In this document: piece after piece, positions 58,737-64,000 of the stretch
How positions within the stretch are numbered: the first letter of the stretch is position 1
How the letters are laid out: every line of letters begins with the position of its first letter
Assembly (NCBI GenBank): GCA_963819815.1
Contig: CAWFXL010000001.1
Coordinates: 480,001 to 544,000 of the forward strand
DNA: 64,000 nucleotides
Origin: an uncultured bacterium
GTDB lineage: Bacteria > Babelota > Babeliae > Babelales > Babelaceae
Direction: 5' to 3'
Made by a program: the position numbers and the translations under genes
The notes under the pieces: model-generated
Databases searched by the model: none
The model's input: the letters and a program-made list of their open reading frames with translations, nothing else
Told to the model about the DNA's origin: nothing

Positions 58737-60722
58737 ATGAAAATGTTAAAATTAGGCTTGGCCTATTGTCTTTATATAATGTTCCCGGTATCTGGTATGA
58801 GTGAAAACAAAATCGCACACCATAACCAAAAGATTCGTGAGGCAACGAATATTGCTATAGATGTGCTGAAAAGTCGTAACTCTCAGTCAACAGAAACTCA
58901 CCAAGGGGCAAAAACTGACCGTCTTCTTTTTGAAGCAGTTGACGCCTTTAAGAAGAATAGACCACAGGGAAGTATAACTGCAGCCTGCATAGGCAAAAAG
59001 AATGAGAACTTCCAGACCTTGTGCCAAAATGGTACCTTACAAGAGCTTGATAGCACCCATCTTGCACCGAAGTCTGCTGATATACTCCTAGCTCCCCATA
59101 GCCTTTATGAGGACATTTCGGCTATCTTTACCGCTTCTGAAAACCTGCTTACTCATTCAGAGTCATTACCCAATCATCCCTTTTTTACCTGTTTTGAAGC
59201 ACTGAAAGAAGATGGTGAATTCATTGCAACTCTATTCAGCGGACCAACAATACAACAGTGCACTGACCTACTGCTTGGCAGCCATGGATTAGATCTGAAA
59301 AGTGGTTTAACCGAAGGATGTCCTTCATTAAAAATCTTTAACAGCTTTGAACTTTTTATACGATGCTTGGATATCTTTAAAACACAATATGCACGACAAA
59401 CAGGTAAGCATATTTCCTATAGCCTGTCAGACAGACTGATACGAACACCCTTGAAAGAATACTGTGAATCGTACCTACAGCGCAACCCGGCTATTCTTGA
59501 GCTCAGCCCAAGTCAGCGCGAGCAATTTATCCGCTTGCTATCAGTATTTGTGATAGATGGTAACGTAGCTGATTATGAGATAACGATACGAATGTCTCTT
59601 TCTACATCGGTAAAGGAAAGACGTTCATTTAAACCTATTGGTCTTGAACCTGAAAGTATGATCCAGAAAAAAACTCCCTCACAAGGAAATGATATCTCTG
59701 TAGGGCAACAGGATCTCACGAAACAAATTCAAAATTTGAATGGTAGTGAACTATCTATGCCCTATATAAAGGATGCCGATGGAGAGGTACAGCTCGCAGC
59801 TTTTGGCAATTTGCTTGCACAAAAAGAGCTTACCATTCTTGACGTCGGCGGAGGACGCGGTGAAACAAATGCTCTTATTGATGCAGTTCAACAACAAGGA
59901 GTTACGGTTCACTTGGTTAACCTCGAACCATATGGACCTTTTGTACAACCCTATATTGATGCCCATAAAAAAGTTGGGGTCAAAGATGTTCAGGTCGTAC
60001 AAAAGAATATGCAAGATGCTTCAATCTCAGAAATTAGACAATGCTTTGGTAGTAAGAGCCTTGATGTAATACTTGCTTCACATTCATTCTATTTCTTACT
60101 TGGGGAGCTGCATACAGCTTCATGCCAATCACTCGACACTCTTGAGAAACTCATGGGCCACCCTCTCTGGAAATATTTTGATCTTGTACGTAATGGCGGA
60201 AAGATTATTGTAACCATGCAAAGTGGTTCTGGAGCTCGGGTGTATAGAAATATGCTATTGGGCAATCATGGATTAAGCGAAGCAAATGAAGTTGATACGA
60301 CACCACTTCTCAGAAGCTTTGGTTGCATCGCAACCTTCCAAAGGCATCTTGCCCACTTCATCAAACAGTATGAAGAAGTAACTGGCAATGCAGCTACTAC
60401 ACGCTTGCATATGGGAGTAGCTAACGTCCCGTTAGGAGAATGCACCATACAAAAAGACTCAGCAACTGGCGGCTACCGACTTATCAAGAAGAATGGAAGC
60501 TCTCAAGAAGAACTAGCTCTTGCCCATAAAATGTTTGATTTCTATGGAAACTGGAAAGATTTAGAAGCCACTGCATGTGCAGCTGAGGACAGCACAAAGC
60601 GCGCGGAAGCATGCAAAATGCAGCAAACTTTCCTGCATATCGTAAGAATGTTCGCTCCGGGCTTAAAAAATATGCAACATCCAAATGGTACACTCGAAAT
60701 AACGGTTTTTAAGAAGCATTGA
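58737..60722 (+). CDS. Secreted class I SAM-dependent methyltransferase with duplicated MTase-like domain
   Basis: ILDVGGGRG, VNLEP and LDVILASHSFY in the C-half; degenerate copy ADILLAPHSLY in the N-half. Confidence 0.82.
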   Translation: MKMLKLGLAYCLYIMFPVSGMSENKIAHHNQKIREATNIAIDVLKSRNSQSTETHQGAKTDRLLFEAVDAFKKNRPQGSITAACIGKKNENFQTLCQNGTLQELDSTHLAPKSADILLAPHSLYEDISAIFTASENLLTHSESLPNHPFFTCFEALKEDGEFIATLFSGPTIQQCTDLLLGSHGLDLKSGLTEGCPSLKIFNSFELFIRCLDIFKTQYARQTGKHISYSLSDRLIRTPLKEYCESYLQRNPAILELSPSQREQFIRLLSVFVIDGNVADYEITIRMSLSTSVKERRSFKPIGLEPESMIQKKTPSQGNDISVGQQDLTKQIQNLNGSELSMPYIKDADGEVQLAAFGNLLAQKELTILDVGGGRGETNALIDAVQQQGVTVHLVNLEPYGPFVQPYIDAHKKVGVKDVQVVQKNMQDASISEIRQCFGSKSLDVILASHSFYFLLGELHTASCQSLDTLEKLMGHPLWKYFDLVRNGGKIIVTMQSGSGARVYRNMLLGNHGLSEANEVDTTPLLRSFGCIATFQRHLAHFIKQYEEVTGNAATTRLHMGVANVPLGECTIQKDSATGGYRLIKKNGSSQEELALAHKMFDFYGNWKDLEATACAAEDSTKRAEACKMQQTFLHIVRMFAPGLKNMQHPNGTLEITVFKKH

Positions 60723-60794
60723 TCAGCAGTAGGCAGGCCAGAACTTCAGCGCCTGACCTGCCTGTCTGTAAGAGTTTTTAGTTTCCAGAGAAAG

Positions 60795-60826
60795 AGAAGG
60801 CCGGATCAAAAGACCGGCCTTCTTTG
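60795..60826 (+). terminator. Intrinsic terminator candidate
   Basis: AGAAGGCCGG-N9-CCGGCCTTCT(TT); a second hairpin lies at about 60728-60768. Confidence 0.55.
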
Positions 60827-60929
60827 GCGGAATACTTTAAGATCTGAAAAGATTGCGCTACATCAACAACAAAGAGACGAAGTCGGGAAAATATCGATAA
60901 TTTGACCCAAGAGTCAAAATATAACGCCG

Positions 60930-61007
60930 GTTTCGTCATTTTTGCAAGCAAAAATGACGACGCAAATGTCATAATGAGACTCAAAATGACGAAACTGATG
61001 TCATATT
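60930..61007. promoter_or_regulatory. Operator-like inverted and direct repeats upstream of the ATPase gene
   Basis: TCGTCATTTTTGC-aa-GCAAAAATGACGA; AAAATGACGA-N5-ATGTCATA twice. Confidence 0.6.
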
Positions 61008-61019
61008 GCAGGTGAAAAC

Positions 61020-62181
61020 ATGGAATTTAGCTATATTCAACGTGCTTTTAAAGAACCTGAAAAAAGTTATTTTTTATTCGGTCCGCGAGGAAGTGGTAAA
61101 TCTACTATGTCTACGAGACGCCACCCAACCGCACTTTTCATTGACCTCAGAATACCAGAATTGCGCTATAGACTCCTTGCGACACCAAGCTTGCTCCAAG
61201 AACTGGTAAGAGCACAACCAAAAGGACAAACTATAGTGATTGACGAGATTCAAAAAGCACCTGAACTTTTGCCCCTTGTACACGCACTTATCGAGGAGAA
61301 GAAAAAATGGAAATTCGTTCTTACTGACTCCAACGCAAGAAAATTAAAGCATCAGGCCGTAGATTTGCTTAGTGGCAGAGCATTAAAGAAAATATTACAT
61401 CCATTTATGGCCTCAGAGCTTGGGAAACAATTTAACTTTGAAGAGGCCCTCACCTATGGAATGCTTCCCATCAGATTTGGAGAAAAAGATCCTGCTGAGT
61501 TTTTGCAAGCATATATTAGCTTATACCTAGAAGAAGAGATCCAGTCAGAGGGTCTCATCCGTAGACTTGAGCCTTTTACTCGCTTCTTGCAAGCAATTAG
61601 TTTTTCACATGGCTCAGTGATAAACGTTACTAACATTTCTAAAGAGTGTGCGGTTAATCGAACAACTGTCATCGAATGGATCTCTATACTGGAGGATCTG
61701 CTCATTTGTTACCAAATCCCAGTTTTCACTCAGCGAGCCAAAAAACAAGTTATAGCACATCCTAAATTTTATTTTTTTGACACAGGAGTGTATCGAAGTC
61801 TGCGACCGCAATCACTTAAAGATCCATTTCCCGAATTAGATGGCCCAGCTCACGAAGGACTCGTGTTGCAACATCTGATGGCATGGCGAGATTATACAAC
61901 TCAAACATAGCATCTATTTCTGGCGAACCAGGTCAGGCGTAGAAGTTGATTTTGTTGTGTGGGGTCCGCTAGGATTATGGGCAATCGAAGTTAAAAATTC
62001 TCAGACTGTTCGCCCTGATGATATTCGTTCGCTCAAGGCATTTCAAGAGGATTATCCCGAGGCAAAAGCACTACTTTTATATAGAGGCAAGGAAAGACTT
62101 TTAAAACAAAATGTACTGTGTCTCCCCTGTGATGAGTTTCTTCTTAATCTAGTGCCAAACAAGAGTATTAATCTTACATAG
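61020..62181 (+). pseudogene. AAA_14 ATPase-DUF4143 (PD-(D/E)XK) gene, frameshifted near 61905
   Basis: GPRGSGKS, IDEIQK, HPKFYFFDTG; continues in the +1 frame as HSIYFWRTRSGVEVDFVVW...AIEVK; conserved TGS reads TDS. Confidence 0.85.
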
Positions 62182-62267
62182 CTTAATTACGCCCCAAAGA
62201 TCGACTCTTTTGGCATTTCTTTCAGAATAGAAGCCTGTGTGAGAGAATTATAAACCAGCACCAGCAC

Positions 62268-62295
62268 TTGACATTTATATAATTTTTACTATAAT
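62268..62295 (+). promoter_or_regulatory. Sigma70 consensus promoter
   Basis: TTGACA-N16-TATAAT. Confidence 0.65.
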
Positions 62296-62337
62296 AAACA
62301 TTAGTAATTTTTATAAACAGAAACAACCTGGAGACTT

Positions 62338-62790
62338 ATGAAATATATGATATATGGCCTATTGGCAATGGCAGCATTCAGCATCAAATTAGTTGTTGAA
62401 GCATGCCCTTTCACTTTTTCAAATGATGGGACCGCAAACGTTCTTATTTTTGATACTAAAGATGGTAAAAAATACTATGCAGCTGCCGGCACCAGTGTAA
62501 ACATCCCGGGTTCTATTGCTGAGCCTACTCTGTGGATATATACTGAAGCTGCACCAAGATCGGAAATTTATAAACCTGTGTATGGTATTGTTGAAGAAGA
62601 ATGTATGCCAGAGGATGCGCCAGCCGTTGTATTAAAATGGAGTAAGCTTAACAATCTTGCGAGAACATTAGATAGATTCGAAGGATTTAGGATTAGGCAC
62701 TATAACCCTACTGAATATCCTGAAATTGTTCGACAAATTAATCATGGTTCTTCGTTCCTAAGTAGGCTTTTCTGCGTTCCTTGCTGCTAA
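62338..62790 (+). CDS. Small secreted hypothetical protein
   Basis: GGAG RBS; signal ending VEA|C; C-terminus CVPCC. Confidence 0.82.
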   Translation: MKYMIYGLLAMAAFSIKLVVEACPFTFSNDGTANVLIFDTKDGKKYYAAAGTSVNIPGSIAEPTLWIYTEAAPRSEIYKPVYGIVEEECMPEDAPAVVLKWSKLNNLARTLDRFEGFRIRHYNPTEYPEIVRQINHGSSFLSRLFCVPCC

Positions 62791-62818
62791 CGTTGTCAGC
62801 GCACAAATCTTAGTTCTT

Positions 62819-62843
62819 TGGGGAAAGCGCACGGCTTTCCCCA
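62819..62843. terminator. Hairpin terminator between convergent genes
   Basis: TGGGGAAAGC-gcacg-GCTTTCCCCA. Confidence 0.65.
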
Positions 62844-62864
62844 TATTTATATGTCGGCGAGGAA

Positions 62865-63338
62865 CTATGCTCTTTCTTTCTTCGAATTGGTATGTAATTC
62901 ATCATGCAACGGAACTTCAAACAATGTCGACCATAGTTTGAGTTGATCTTCGGTAACCGTAAACGTATTTTCAGGTAAGGCACTATTTCTTTCCTTAAGA
63001 CGCTTCAAAAGGTCATCAAATGATACGTCAAGAAAATGAAGCTCACAGCGTGCACCTACTTTTTTTGCTCTTGCTTTAAAATCATCTCTCTCAGCACGAG
63101 ACCAAAAACCAAAGTCTAAAATAACGTTCATGCCCAAACAAAGGCTTCTCTCAGCAATTTCGCCCATAATCATTTCAATGGCAGCACGTTTTTCTTCGTC
63201 TTCACCACTTCTAACAATTCTCTGCATCCACTCATCTGGGGTAAGACGCAAGGCATTCCGTTCCTGCTCTAATTGTTTTGCACGTGTCGTTTTACCAGCA
63301 CCGGGCAGCCCACACATTAAAAATAAAGTTGGTCTCAT
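62865..63338 (-). CDS. AAA_33-type P-loop kinase
   Basis: CGLPGAGKTT, RLTPDEWM, VILDFGFWSRAERD. Confidence 0.9.
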   Translation of the reverse strand: MRPTLFLMCGLPGAGKTTRAKQLEQERNALRLTPDEWMQRIVRSGEDEEKRAAIEMIMGEIAERSLCLGMNVILDFGFWSRAERDDFKARAKKVGARCELHFLDVSFDDLLKRLKERNSALPENTFTVTEDQLKLWSTLFEVPLHDELHTNSKKERA

Positions 63339-63699
63339 TTCTTCCCTATTGCCTCTCAAAAGCCAATGAGCGTATCAAAAACTGATTGAGAAACCAAACA
63401 GCGCGAGGTCGATTGGCTCCTACAGGGGCTCGAATAAGTTTTTGCATAAGTGACCCTGTCACATTGGTATACTAGTGTTAAACATATCAGCACTGATAAA
63501 ATTCTTAAAGAGCTTCCCTCTATTGCCTAAGCTCAAAGGTCTAAGTAAGGTCAATAGTTTCGAGCCTCATGAAGTTAGCACAATGTGCCTGCAAAGTTAA
63601 TGTGCCCATTCTCTCTATTGCCTTAATAAAATAATTGTCTTACCAGCAATTCTTTGCTAGTACTATACCTACAGTAATCAGAGGTTGGTTGGGAGAATA

Positions 63700-63981
63700 A
63701 TGGCCAAAAGTTCATCTAAAAAGCTCAAAAGTGAACTATTAAGTTTAATGAACGTTGGGGAAGCTACCCTCGAGGATCTACGCATCCTTGGTATTGAAAA
63801 GATTGATCAGCTTAGGCATGAAACGCCGGATAACCTCTACGAAAAACTACAACTCCTAACAGAGCAAAAACATGATCCCTGCGTATGGGATGTCTTTGCG
63901 GCTATTATTCATGAAGCACGGACAGGCGAAAAGTTACCCTGGTGGCATTGGAGCAAAATCAGAAAGAGCATACGACGCTAG
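63700..63981 (+). CDS. Helix-hairpin-helix protein, Cdd1/mitomycin-resistance McrB-like
   Basis: NVGEATLEDLRILGI, HDPCVWDVFAA, PWWHWS; GGGAG RBS. Confidence 0.82.
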   Translation: MAKSSSKKLKSELLSLMNVGEATLEDLRILGIEKIDQLRHETPDNLYEKLQLLTEQKHDPCVWDVFAAIIHEARTGEKLPWWHWSKIRKSIRR

Positions 63982-64000
63982 CTTAGACCTCGTGAACAAA

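Noticed and set aside
2197..63369. Numerous short ORFs antisense to or nested within long genes
   Set aside because: Shadow ORFs without RBS or domain signal

Overview
Roughly 41% GC bacterial window (estimated by eye) with no rRNA, tRNA or CRISPR. It is dominated by about 30 genes for Sec-signal-peptide proteins carrying eukaryote-like domains (ankyrin, WD40, Sel1, SKP1/BTB-like, MYND, RING-H2, LEA-like). This repertoire is typical of intracellular protist parasites, most likely Ca. Dependentiae/Babelota (TM6); the assignment is an inference. Mixed in are toxin-antitoxin modules (MNT-HEPN, HipBA, an orphan XRE antitoxin with a deleted toxin), IS110 and IS200/605-TnpB remnants, several pseudogenes and a few housekeeping-type genes. 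Main observations: (1) a tandem family of three large modular ankyrin proteins built from three interchangeable module types, with bipartite NLS-like and SUMO-interacting-like motifs, plus a collapsed fourth paralogue; (2) a recurring signal-peptide design that leaves Met at the mature N-terminus; (3) candidate ubiquitin-system hijackers (ANK-MYND-RING-H2, two SKP1-like proteins); (4) an unannotated duplicated secreted domain with a GNAT-like motif; (5) many sigma70-like promoters with a 16-bp spacer.
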